Positions 49,196 through 58,570 of a stretch of 64,000 nucleotides of DNA are shown one piece after another. How positions within the stretch are numbered: the stretch's first letter is position 1; each line of letters opens with the position of its first letter. Source of the stretch: an uncultured Pelagibacteraceae bacterium (GTDB lineage: Bacteria > Pseudomonadota > Alphaproteobacteria > Pelagibacterales > Pelagibacteraceae). The DNA is taken from the NCBI GenBank assembly GCA_902571525.1, contig CACGCL010000004.1, positions 6,039 to 70,038 of the forward strand, in the 5' to 3' direction. Position numbers and translations under genes: made by a program. The notes under the pieces were generated by a model. It had not been told where the DNA came from. It saw only the letters and a list, made by a program, of their open reading frames with translations, and searched no databases.

Positions 49196-49256
49196 TAGTT
49201 GTTTTTATTAATGAAAGAATTAGAACAAAAAAGAAACTAGAATATTATTATAGGAA

Positions 49257-49612
49257 TGCCAGATAAACTATAAGCCGGGTTCTGTCATTTAAACTTATCA
49301 TTTATCTAGGCTTTAAGTCTCCTTAAAGCTCAAGCAACCAACCCTGATGACTAACCAAAGACTGTTTTTTGCTATTAGCAATGTCATCTCTACTTGGTCT
49401 TGCTTCCAGTGGGGTTTTCCATGCGCTTATTGTTACCAATAAAGCCGGTGTGCTCTTACCACACCTTTTCACCCTTGCCTTGATAAGGCGGTATATTTTC
49501 TGTGGCACTATCCCTAGGGTTGCCCCCGCCAGGCGTTACCTGGCACTGTGTCTTTGCAAAGCCCGGACTTTCCTCTTTATATTTTATAAAGTGATAAGTC
49601 ATTTATCTGGCA
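49257..49612 (-). ncRNA. rnpB: RNase P RNA (class A)
   Basis: GAGGAAAGTCCGGGC near the 5' end, GACAGAACCCGGCTTA near the 3' end; P1 helix GCCAGATAAA/TTTATCTGGC. Confidence 0.96.
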
Positions 49613-49659
49613 AATTGAAAATATATTATTTTTTTTGGTTTTCAATACTAATTAAACCT

Positions 49660-50379
49660 CTATTTATTTAAATTTTTTGCTATTTTTAAACATTCAAGGT
49701 CTGATTTTCCATTAATCAATTGTGGTCTAAATCGTCTTTGAAAAGCTTTAATAACGAATGAAATTGAATTAATTTTATTTTTTTTAAAAAAATAACCAAT
49801 TTTTATTAAATTATCTAAAAATAATTTATTTTCTAAATTATTTATATCTTTAAGTCTATATCTTTTTAAAATTTTTTTATTTAAGGAATGCCACATACCA
49901 ATACGGTATTTTGAAAAAAATTCCCAAGGAAATTTTTCGCCTGGATCTTTTTTTCGATCTGGAGCAATGTCTGAATGACCCAAATGGTGCTCTCTTTTTA
50001 TTTTGTATTTTTTTGCTAACTTTAAAGATAAATATTTAACGGAATTTATTTGCTTCTTATTAAAACTCTTATACCCATATTGATGACCGGGGTTGTGGAT
50101 TTCAATTCCAATTGAATATTTATTTAGCTTTTTTACTTTTTTCCAAGATGAAATTCCTGCATGCCATGAAGCATAAAGGTCTGGGACTAAATTAATGATA
50201 GATCCATTTTCTTTTATAAAATAATGACTACTTACTTTGGAGTTTCTATTAGACAGTCTTTTAAGTGCAGATTTTTCAGTCTTCATCCCAGTATAGTGAA
50301 AAATTAAAAATTTTATATTTTCTTTTTTTCTCTTAATTGCATCAAAATTTGGGGAATAAAAATGTTCAATTTCAATCAT
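49660..50379 (-). CDS. N-acetylmuramoyl-L-alanine amidase (AmiD/AmpD family)
   Basis: HYTGM, VSSHY, WHAG.S.W, SIGIE, GHSDIAP.RK.DPG, AFQRRF. Confidence 0.92.
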   Translation of the reverse strand: MIEIEHFYSPNFDAIKRKKENIKFLIFHYTGMKTEKSALKRLSNRNSKVSSHYFIKENGSIINLVPDLYASWHAGISSWKKVKKLNKYSIGIEIHNPGHQYGYKSFNKKQINSVKYLSLKLAKKYKIKREHHLGHSDIAPDRKKDPGEKFPWEFFSKYRIGMWHSLNKKILKRYRLKDINNLENKLFLDNLIKIGYFFKKNKINSISFVIKAFQRRFRPQLINGKSDLECLKIAKNLNK

Positions 50380-50454
50380 TTGAAGGTTTTTTTACATATA
50401 ATATTATTTAAATTATCAATTTACTTTGCTAAAATATAGATTATAGAAGCTTAA

Positions 50455-51216
50455 ATGATTAAAAGTTTTAAGATTATTATATCTGTTCTCACAATACAAT
50501 TTTTAGTTGTATCAACTTCTTTGGGGGAAGAAAAAGAAGTCAAGGATTGTTTTGAAAAGATAAATAGAGCAACTTTTGCATTTAACATGGCCTTAGATAA
50601 AGTCTTATTTAGACCAGTTGCTTTAGGTTATAGAAAATTGCCCTCGCCTATTAGAACTGGAACTAGTAATGCATTAAATAATTTATCTAATTTAGTCACT
50701 ATTCCAAATAATATATTACAGGGTGATTTAAAAGCAGCAGGCAACAATACGATACGTTTAATTATAAATACTACAATTGGAATAGTTGGAATATTTGATC
50801 CAGCTAACACTTTAGGTTTTGAAAAATTAGAAAAAGAGGACTTTGGTCAAACTTTTGGTGCAATGGGAGTAGGAGAAGGTTGTTACTTAGTTTTGCCAGT
50901 AATTGGTCCATCAACTGTGAGGGATGCTTTTGGCTCTTTGGTTTCAATGAGCGGTGGAGATGCATGGTATAACCTGACTGTCAAAAATGATACACAATAC
51001 TTTAAAGAATCTGATTATTATTATTCTAAATTAACAGAAGGTGTAGACTTCAGAGCAAAAAATTTAGAAACTTTTGATAGTTTAGAAAAAACCTCTGTAG
51101 ATTTTTATGCAACTGTAAGAAGTTTGTATCTCCAAGATCGAGATAGAAAAATAAACAATCTTAAAATTAAGACTGATACTTTAGACGACAGTGACTGGGA
51201 CTCATTAGATAAATAA
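50455..51216 (+). CDS. mlaA: MlaA/VacJ family protein
   Basis: E..NR..F.FN, EDFGQT.G..G...G.YLVLP..GPST.RD. Confidence 0.92.
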   Translation: MIKSFKIIISVLTIQFLVVSTSLGEEKEVKDCFEKINRATFAFNMALDKVLFRPVALGYRKLPSPIRTGTSNALNNLSNLVTIPNNILQGDLKAAGNNTIRLIINTTIGIVGIFDPANTLGFEKLEKEDFGQTFGAMGVGEGCYLVLPVIGPSTVRDAFGSLVSMSGGDAWYNLTVKNDTQYFKESDYYYSKLTEGVDFRAKNLETFDSLEKTSVDFYATVRSLYLQDRDRKINNLKIKTDTLDDSDWDSLDK

Positions 51217-51226
51217 ATAGCGAAAT

Positions 51227-51826
51227 ATGACAAATTTAAGAATAAAAATAATTATCGTAACACTATTTTTTTTTATTAACTTAAATTCAAATTCTATAGC
51301 AAATGTGTCCTCTGATTTTATTAATGATATTACTTCTAAAGCTAGTAATATTTTATCTAGCCAAGATACTGAGGAATTTAAAATCCAAGAACTTATTAAA
51401 ATTGGACAAAACTCAGTTGATATAGATGGGATCGGATTTTATACTTTAGGTAAACATAGAAAAAATTTAAGTGATGATCAAAAAAATGATTTTAAAAAAA
51501 TTTTTAGAGAATATTTCCTTAAAAGTTTTTCAACAAGATTAGTTGAATATAAAGAGGCAAAAATTGTTGTAATTTCTGAAGATGTTAAAAATGAGAAATA
51601 TACAATTGTAAAAAGTAAGCTTTTAGCAACGTCCAATAGACCAGAAGTTGCTATCGACTGGAGGGTTTATACAAAAGATCCATCAAAACCGTTGATAAGA
51701 GACTTGATTATCGAAGGACTTAGTTTAGCTAGAACTCAAAGAGAGGAATTTAATTCTATAATTGTGAATAATGATGGTAATATAATTGCTCTTTTTACTA
51801 GTTTAAAAGAGTTTAATAATAAATAA
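51227..51826 (+). CDS. mlaC: MlaC/Ttg2D phospholipid-binding protein
   Basis: Signal peptide, IDWRV, DLIIEGLSL...QREEF. Confidence 0.9.
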   Translation: MTNLRIKIIIVTLFFFINLNSNSIANVSSDFINDITSKASNILSSQDTEEFKIQELIKIGQNSVDIDGIGFYTLGKHRKNLSDDQKNDFKKIFREYFLKSFSTRLVEYKEAKIVVISEDVKNEKYTIVKSKLLATSNRPEVAIDWRVYTKDPSKPLIRDLIIEGLSLARTQREEFNSIIVNNDGNIIALFTSLKEFNNK

Positions 51827-51861
51827 TCTAAAGAATAATTTTATAAAACTAAAAATAGATT

Positions 51862-51938
51862 TGGTGGGCCCGCCAGGACTCGAACCTGGGACCAATACAT
51901 TATGAGTGTACTGCTCTAACCAACTGAGCTACAGGCCC
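51862..51938 (-). tRNA. tRNA-CAT, most likely Ile2 (lysidine-modified)
   Basis: Cloverleaf GGGCCTGTAG...CTCATAA...TTCGAGT...CCCACCA; resembles Ile2 more than elongator or initiator Met. Confidence 0.88.
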
Positions 51939-51989
51939 TTAATTAATTTTATTTATATCAAAAAAAAAGTTTTTTCAATTTTAAATTTT

Positions 51990-52064
51990 TGGTGGGCCGT
52001 GTTGGTTACGCTCCAACTACCCCTGCAATGTCAATGCAGTACTCTACTATTGAGCTAACGGCCC
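51990..52064 (-). tRNA. tRNA-Val(GAC) with non-canonical D and T loops
   Basis: Perfect acceptor, anticodon (CTGCA/TGCAG, loop TTGACAT) and T stems; encoded CCA. Confidence 0.88.
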
Positions 52065-52100
52065 TAAATTTAAAAATAATCTAAAAATTTTTTATTAAAA

Positions 52101-53360
52101 TTATTTTTTAAAAAAAACATTCGTTTTTTTATTTACAGCATACATTATGGATAAGTTTAGAATAAACAAGCTTATATTGAAATCACTAAAAAAAGAACCT
52201 GAAGGTATAAGTGGTAAAAAATTAGTAATTAAAAAAGTAAAAGCACCAATTTGTAAATAATTTTGAGAGAGAATAATGACTTTTAAGTGTTGAAAAATTA
52301 ACACAAAAAATACAGACAACAATAAAAAGGTTCCAATTAATCCATGCTCAGACAAAAATTCAAAATAAATTTGATGCGGATGTGTAACACAATAATAATT
52401 ATTTTTTTTAACTTTTTCTTTTTCACCGCATGTTTCTATTCTATAATTTTTATTACCCACTCCTAATAAGGGATAATTTTTGAAAACTGCAAAACCTGAC
52501 TTATAAAGTTTTATGTAAATATTATTTTCTAAATTTTGAAATTTTTTTTCTGTAAAAATTTTTGAAAGGATTTGACCATGATATCTATTTTTAAGATAGT
52601 CAGAATTGAGTACTGTTATTATAATTATAATTGGCAAAATAATTAAAAAAAGTAACTTTGTTTTTAAATCAAAAATATCAATTAGGTGTATAAACAATAA
52701 TAAACCAAATACAGCTTTAATAGAATTAGATCTTTCACCTGTAATTATTATTGAAAAGATAAATATTAATATTATGGCCAAAAATATTATTTTTCTAAAT
52801 TTTTCTTTTTTTATAATCTCCAATATTTGTCCCAATATTAAAAATATAAAACCATTTAAAAATGCACCGGCTATTGGTTCATCTTTAAAAAAGCTTACAA
52901 CTCTAAGTCCATGAGGCTGCTCAACACCCTCTAAATAAATTGCTCCCCATCCAAAAATATTAGCTCCGGTAATTCTCTCAAAATTAACATCAAAAACGAA
53001 AATAAGAAAAATTATTGTCCAAAAATAAAATATTTTCAAATTTTTTTTTTTAATATAAAATAAGTAATTAATTGCCAAAAATAATATTATAAACCTGATA
53101 AAACCGAAATTTCTTAATACACTAGTTTCAAAATTTAGTGAGATAAAAGTATTTAATATAAGATATAAATATAAAATTAAAAAAATCTTAATAGTATTAT
53201 TTTCCAGCAAATATTTAAAATGATCGTATTTAAAAAAAAAATATAAATATATAACACCTAATAAAACAATATTAACAATAGAGACTGCCGATCCAATAAT
53301 TATAGATATAGGTAAAAATGTTAATAAAATAAAAAAAATATTATCTTTAATAATTTTCAT
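52101..53360 (-). CDS. waaL: O-antigen ligase family protein
   Basis: Multi-TM; SFF.DE, TGERS, GVG.KNYR, HPHQ.Y.E.LSE.G. Confidence 0.85.
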   Translation of the reverse strand: MKIIKDNIFFILLTFLPISIIIGSAVSIVNIVLLGVIYLYFFFKYDHFKYLLENNTIKIFLILYLYLILNTFISLNFETSVLRNFGFIRFIILFLAINYLFYIKKKNLKIFYFWTIIFLIFVFDVNFERITGANIFGWGAIYLEGVEQPHGLRVVSFFKDEPIAGAFLNGFIFLILGQILEIIKKEKFRKIIFLAIILIFIFSIIITGERSNSIKAVFGLLLFIHLIDIFDLKTKLLFLIILPIIIIITVLNSDYLKNRYHGQILSKIFTEKKFQNLENNIYIKLYKSGFAVFKNYPLLGVGNKNYRIETCGEKEKVKKNNYYCVTHPHQIYFEFLSEHGLIGTFLLLSVFFVLIFQHLKVIILSQNYLQIGAFTFLITNFLPLIPSGSFFSDFNISLFILNLSIMYAVNKKTNVFFKK

Positions 53361-53542
53361 ATCATAAGCATTACAGTTAATTGTACAAAATTATCATAAG
53401 AATGCATTTGCTTGCCCAAAAATTTATTCCCTTTTTTTAAAAAATCTTCAAAACCAATCAAATTATTTTCAATGTGTATGTGCTTCATTACATTTTAAAA
53501 TATAAAACTTTTTCTTATAACTATAAGTAATTTATTGCTCAT
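53361..53542 (-). pseudogene. Heavily degraded 5' remnant, possibly an NAD-dependent epimerase
   Basis: ATG 53542 MSNKLLIVIRKSFIF*, then fragments such as LIGFEDFLKKRE*; several stops. Confidence 0.3.
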
Positions 53543-53549
53543 TTGTAAG

Positions 53550-53890
53550 TTATGTTATTTTGTGAATTTTATTTTTATTATACCAATTTATTGTTTTCAT
53601 GAGAGATTTATCGAAATTACTAAACTTAAAATTTTAATTAATTTTTTTATTTTATCAATATTTTTTAACTTTTCTAATTTTTTAAAGTTTTTATTGTTCT
53701 TTAAATCTATCTTAAAAAATTTGAAATTTTTTTTTCTATTTAGCTCAATTAATCTTTTTTTTTTTAACTTTTTAGAATAATAGCTATCAAGCTTATCTAT
53801 GCCATAAACTTTATTATTATGATTTTTAATTAATTCTAAACATAATCTTGATCCAATAAATCCTGCAGCACCTGTAATTAAAATTTTCAA
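53550..53890 (-). pseudogene. NAD-dependent epimerase with central deletion
   Basis: N-terminus MKILITGAAGFIG..GID...YY...K..R joined to C-terminal NIDKIKKL, then in a shifted frame FDKSLMKTINWYNKNKIHKIT*. Confidence 0.8.
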
Positions 53891-54726
53891 GAAAATAAAA
53901 TTTTTTTAAAGTTTTTTATTGATTTGTACATAAATATAATAATTATCAAGATAATACTTTGGCCATTATTATATCTAATCTTTAGTTCTTCCATAAATAA
54001 TTTTCTAAATTTAATTTTACTAGAGTAGCCTCCTCTCCTAAAATTACCTGTAATTTCATCTTTTTTTGTAGAAGTTCCTTTCATTTTTTTTTTTACAATC
54101 ATTCTATAAAAATAATCATAATCAGCATGGTACTTATAATTAATATTATAAAGACCTATTTTTTTTGCTGAACTTCTTCTTAAAAAAAAACCTGAAGAAT
54201 GGCTAGAGTAAAAACCCCAACTATAATAAATTTTCTCTGGTCTATATCCATAAAGAATACCCCAGTGTTTTTTTACACTTCCAAAAATAAAATCTATTTC
54301 TTTATTGTTTAACTCATTAATATATTTAGCTATAATTTCTAAAGCATTATCTAAATAAGTATCATCAGAATTTACAATTCCTATAAAGTCACCTTTAGCT
54401 AAAGACATACCTTTGTTAAATGCATCATAAATACCTTTATCTTTTTCACTTATCCAATAATCAATTTGACTATCATACCTCTTAATAATGTCTAAAGTTT
54501 TATCTGATGAGCCACCATCAATTATTATATATTCAAAGTTTCGAAATTTTTGATTTAAAACACTTTTAATTGTTTCTTCTAAAAATTTTTCATTGTTATA
54601 AACGACTGTAATTATTGAGAAAAGAGGTTTGAAATTAACAACGGATTCATTATTAAGTCTTTTTCCCCCTTGAATTACGTTTTTTTTTAAAAAATTTCTA
54701 AAATTAAGTTCATTATCCATAATCAA
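53887..54726 (-). CDS. GT2 glycosyltransferase (WcaE-like)
   Basis: FSIITVVYN, IDGGS.D, DKGIYDAFNKG, NSDD; start could be ATG 54720. Confidence 0.9.
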   Translation of the reverse strand: MIMDNELNFRNFLKKNVIQGGKRLNNESVVNFKPLFSIITVVYNNEKFLEETIKSVLNQKFRNFEYIIIDGGSSDKTLDIIKRYDSQIDYWISEKDKGIYDAFNKGMSLAKGDFIGIVNSDDTYLDNALEIIAKYINELNNKEIDFIFGSVKKHWGILYGYRPEKIYYSWGFYSSHSSGFFLRRSSAKKIGLYNINYKYHADYDYFYRMIVKKKMKGTSTKKDEITGNFRRGGYSSKIKFRKLFMEELKIRYNNGQSIILIIIIFMYKSIKNFKKILFS

Positions 54727-55025
54727 AATAATCTTTTATTAAGTAAATTTTTTAAAACATCATCTATACTGTTTTTAGCTTCCCATCCTAAATTTTTTTT
54801 AGGTTTAGGCGATGTTGAAATTTTATCATTAAATAACATTTTTTTGGCAAACCTGATGTTTGATTTGTCTAAAGAATTTAAAAAATTATTGATATGAACT
54901 GGCGCAAAAATTTTCGCATTAATTGAGTTTATAGTATTTAATTCATTTACCAAATTTACAAAATATCTTGATGGCCCTCCATATTTTTGATGTACAAAAA
55001 TTTTGTGATCAAAAAAAATTTTCAT
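54723..55025 (-). pseudogene. Deletion chimera: GT4 N-terminus plus epimerase/dehydratase C-terminus
   Basis: MKIFFDHKIFVHQKYGGPSRYF (GT4 start) fused to KPKKNLGWEAKNSIDD (extended-SDR tail); 100 aa. Confidence 0.65.
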
Positions 55026-56116
55026 AAATTTACAAAAAGATTCTTATATTTCTCTAAATTATTTTTTTTATCAAAGCGCCAAAGATTATTATAAGTTCTT
55101 CTTCGCATTTTATCACACTTAGATTTATTACTCGCATAAAAAAGAATTTTGTTAGCTAATTGTTTGTAATTCCTTATACCAAATAAGAGCCCCCCCTTCC
55201 CATTTAGTAAAATTTCAGATGGACCAGTTTGACATTTAGATGATATTATAAATTTTTTTAGAACTGATGCCTCTAAAAGAACATTAGGTAAACCTTCAAA
55301 TGTAGAGGTTAAAACAAATACATGTGCTGACTTTATATATGGAAAGGGATTTTTTAAAAATTTTAATATTTTTACTTTTTTCTTTAAATCATTTTGATTA
55401 ATAAAATCTTTCATTTTAAGATAATTTTTGCCTCTCCCAATTATAATTAACTTAAAATTAATTTTATTTTTTATTAAATTAACACCCTTTAAAAGAGTAA
55501 AATGGTCTTTTTGCTCTGTAAATCTTCCAACATTAATTAAATTCAAGGAATTCTTTTTATAAAAAGAATTTTTAATTTTTTTTTTTGATTGTTTAATAAT
55601 ATTTGCTTTATCTAGTGGATTATAAATAACGATAGCATTTATATTAAATTTTTTTTTTAATTCAAATTTAAATTCAACACTATTTACAATTGTTTTGTTT
55701 GCAAACTTTAAAAAACTTTTAAATATTTGTTTTTTAAAAAAATTATTTGACCAACCTATGGGTGCTGAATTAGACCTTAAAATTATTTTTATACCTAATA
55801 ATTTACACAAGATTAAGCAGTATATGTTTGCTTGAAAGGAAAAAACGCTAATTCTTCTATCTCTAAGTAAGCAGAAAAACAAAATTATTAAACAAACTAA
55901 ATATTTTATTTTCCTACTAAATATGGACCAAAAATTAAAATATGGAGTTATGATTTTGATCTTTTTGTTAAATCTATTTTTATATTCTTTTGAAGTTGTA
56001 ACAAGATAAACATCTTTAAATTCTTTAGCAAAATAATTTGCAACTATGAATAAATTTTTTTCAACACCACCACCCTCGATTGATGGCATAAAAAATAAAA
56101 TTTTTTTATTAATCAT
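55022..56116 (-). CDS. GT4 glycosyltransferase
   Basis: GGGVEK, NVGR...QK, FEGLPNVLLEA. Confidence 0.92.
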   Translation of the reverse strand: MINKKILFFMPSIEGGGVEKNLFIVANYFAKEFKDVYLVTTSKEYKNRFNKKIKIITPYFNFWSIFSRKIKYLVCLIILFFCLLRDRRISVFSFQANIYCLILCKLLGIKIILRSNSAPIGWSNNFFKKQIFKSFLKFANKTIVNSVEFKFELKKKFNINAIVIYNPLDKANIIKQSKKKIKNSFYKKNSLNLINVGRFTEQKDHFTLLKGVNLIKNKINFKLIIIGRGKNYLKMKDFINQNDLKKKVKILKFLKNPFPYIKSAHVFVLTSTFEGLPNVLLEASVLKKFIISSKCQTGPSEILLNGKGGLLFGIRNYKQLANKILFYASNKSKCDKMRRRTYNNLWRFDKKNNLEKYKNLFVNL

Positions 56117-56161
56117 TAATATTTTATTATTTAAATACTTTATGTATGATAATCAATATAT

Positions 56162-56429
56162 ATGAAATTAATATCAATAATAATTCCTTATTATAAAAAA
56201 AGTAAATATACTCAAAACACTTTAAATTCTATATTTTCTAAATATAAAACGTTCAACAAAAAATATCGGAAAAAAAGATATTCAATCTATAAATAATGCT
56301 ATAGAAAAAATTATTTCAAACATTGAATATAAAAATAAATGTATTCAAAAAGGATTAATTAGATTAAAAGAATTTTCTTGGAAAAAAAGCGCAACAGAAA
56401 CTTTAATTGTATATAAAAAAATACTTTAA
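56162..56429 (+). pseudogene. Deletion chimera: GT2 N-terminus plus GT4 C-terminus
   Basis: 56162-56296 MKLISIIIPYYKKSKY..TLNSI...*; in another frame 56277-56429 DIQSINNAIEKII...KEFSWKKSATETLIVYKKIL*; not in the ORF track. Confidence 0.75.
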
Positions 56430-56432
56430 AAT

Positions 56433-57248
56433 TTAATTAAATTTTTCAATCCATTCTACATCATTATTCAATGTATAACTTCCATAACAAAAAGCTCTTT
56501 CTGCAAGCTCATTATGAATAGTCTCAGCCTTATGAAATGAGACTGGATTTGATTGAAATATTATTAATTTACCAGCCTCGGGTTTAATTTTATGTTTTAG
56601 TAAAACATCTTTCATATCTGGCACCACTATTTTATAATTGCTTAATTTATTCTTATTTTTATAAATTTCCAAGCAACCACCATCATTTTCATTTAGGTCA
56701 TTTAAATATAATAAAAAAACTATAATTCTTGAATTTTTGTCTCTATGGATTGGCGTAACATAACCTTTTTTAGCATAACAAAATATTAAATCAAAGAAAT
56801 AAAAATTAAATAAATTTTGAAACCAGTTAGGTAATTTTTTATATATAAAACTATTCAACCGTTGAAAAAAATTGTGTTTATGAATGCCTCTTTTATACTC
56901 ATAAAAATCTGGTTTAAATTTTTTTGGTAAATTTTTAATTTCATATTTTGTTGATGATTGAAGTGGTATATTTTTTAATTGTTTAATAAAATATTCAAAA
57001 GTACTCTTATTATTTAAAAAGTTATATATGTCATTAAAAACTTTATTTTTTTTTATAAAATCATTAAAATTTGTTGAACCTTTCCTAATATTTTTTCTAC
57101 CACCATCTTTCATTTCGTCAAAAATAGATTTCTTTAAAATATCAGTTGCATTCTTGGACTCTTCAATATCAAGAAAATTAGTAAATTCTAATATAGGGTA
57201 AGGATCATTGTAAACCTTAACATTTGATAATCTTTTTTTTGATGTCAT
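56433..57248 (-). CDS. 2OG-Fe(II) oxygenase
   Basis: HRD...LLYLN...GG.LE, SFH, terminal R motif. Confidence 0.85.
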   Translation of the reverse strand: MTSKKRLSNVKVYNDPYPILEFTNFLDIEESKNATDILKKSIFDEMKDGGRKNIRKGSTNFNDFIKKNKVFNDIYNFLNNKSTFEYFIKQLKNIPLQSSTKYEIKNLPKKFKPDFYEYKRGIHKHNFFQRLNSFIYKKLPNWFQNLFNFYFFDLIFCYAKKGYVTPIHRDKNSRIIVFLLYLNDLNENDGGCLEIYKNKNKLSNYKIVVPDMKDVLLKHKIKPEAGKLIIFQSNPVSFHKAETIHNELAERAFCYGSYTLNNDVEWIEKFN

Positions 57249-57266
57249 ATCTTACCTTGTAATAAA

Positions 57267-57950
57267 TTAAATTTTTTTATAAAAGATTTTATATTTTATT
57301 TTTTTAAATAATTTGATAATATTATAAATAAGAAAGTTATAAAGCCAAACTTTTTTTTTACTTACTTTGCTATCTTTCACTTTTTTTAAGATACATAAAC
57401 CATTTTCATTTCCATTATATTGAAAATTAATAGAGTCAAAGTTTGAATAATAAAATTCTTCTACAGCTTCCCTAGACAAATCAGAAACAATTGAATTAGA
57501 TAAACTTTTGATTTTTCTATATGGATAAGCGGAGGTATCATCTACAAAAATAAAACCTCCTACATTAATATTTTCGAAGTATGATTCTAATAATAATTTA
57601 ATATGATTTGGTTCGTGATAGCTATCTATATATAATAAATCTATTCCTTTTTCAATTATTTCTGGAAATAATTCAAAAATTTTTTTTTTATTTATGTCAT
57701 TAACTTGAGAAAAAAACCAGTTAGGATGACTTAAAATGTTTGAACAATCCTTGATATCAAAAGAAAAAACTTTACATCCAACCTTATCGGACGCTAATAG
57801 AAACGCTTTAGTGGAAGTTCCCCTGTCAACACCAAATTCAACAACTGTATTAAACTTATGATTCACAATAGCATAGTGCATAATTGAAAGGTGATTTTCT
57901 TTATCTGTTTCAATAATTCTAGATATTTGTTGATGTAAATCGTTATTCAT
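57267..57950 (-). CDS. Class I SAM methyltransferase (Methyltransf_24-like)
   Basis: VEFGVDRGTST, IDSYH, GGFIFVDD. Confidence 0.85.
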   Translation of the reverse strand: MNNDLHQQISRIIETDKENHLSIMHYAIVNHKFNTVVEFGVDRGTSTKAFLLASDKVGCKVFSFDIKDCSNILSHPNWFFSQVNDINKKKIFELFPEIIEKGIDLLYIDSYHEPNHIKLLLESYFENINVGGFIFVDDTSAYPYRKIKSLSNSIVSDLSREAVEEFYYSNFDSINFQYNGNENGLCILKKVKDSKVSKKKVWLYNFLIYNIIKLFKKIKYKIFYKKI

Positions 57951-58570
57951 TTTGAAAGTAATTTCCTAACATAATTTTTAATTGAGTGGGTCCTAGAAAA
58001 TATTTTTTTGGACTCTTCAAGTGTTTCATCATTATTTTTTATAATTTTTGCCATACCTGATCCAACAAAGGAAAAAAAAACATTTATATTTTTTTGGTTA
58101 GAAATTATTATTTCATTAATCATCTCAAACGTTTCTCTATTATTGATCTCGCTATTAAAATGATTCCTATAATTATTTTTTGAATACGGAATCCAGCAAA
58201 CATCATCAACAAACATATAGCCACCGATCTTTAAATTTTCATAGTAATGATAGATTATTTTTTTTACATGTTTAGCATTATGAAAAGAGTCAATTAAAAT
58301 TGCGTCAAATTTTTCAGGAATATTTTTATGTATATACTCAAAATTATCGTCTCTGGATTGAATAAATTTCCATTTATCATTATTTGAAACTTTAGAGCAA
58401 TCATCAATGTCAACAGAATAAATCTTTCCATTATTTTTGTCACATATTTCGATAAATCTTTTTGTGGAAATTCCCTCTCTAACACCAAACTCTAAAAATT
58501 TAGGATTTTTAATATTTGCTAGATCAGAAAACATAAAGTCATCAAGTTTTTTTGAATATTCATCAGACAT
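57947..58570 (-). CDS. Class I SAM methyltransferase (Methyltransf_24-like), paralog
   Basis: LEFGVREGIST, IDSFH, GGYMFVDD. Confidence 0.85.
   Translation of the reverse strand: MSDEYSKKLDDFMFSDLANIKNPKFLEFGVREGISTKRFIEICDKNNGKIYSVDIDDCSKVSNNDKWKFIQSRDDNFEYIHKNIPEKFDAILIDSFHNAKHVKKIIYHYYENLKIGGYMFVDDVCWIPYSKNNYRNHFNSEINNRETFEMINEIIISNQKNINVFFSFVGSGMAKIIKNNDETLEESKKIFSRTHSIKNYVRKLLSK

Noticed and set aside
49323-49671. ORFs 49323..49508 and 49369..49671
   Set aside because: Both overlap the RNase P RNA gene; spurious frames in GC-richer RNA.
53535-53780. Plus-strand 81-aa Phe-rich ORF
   Set aside because: Antisense of the Lys-rich epimerase remnant.
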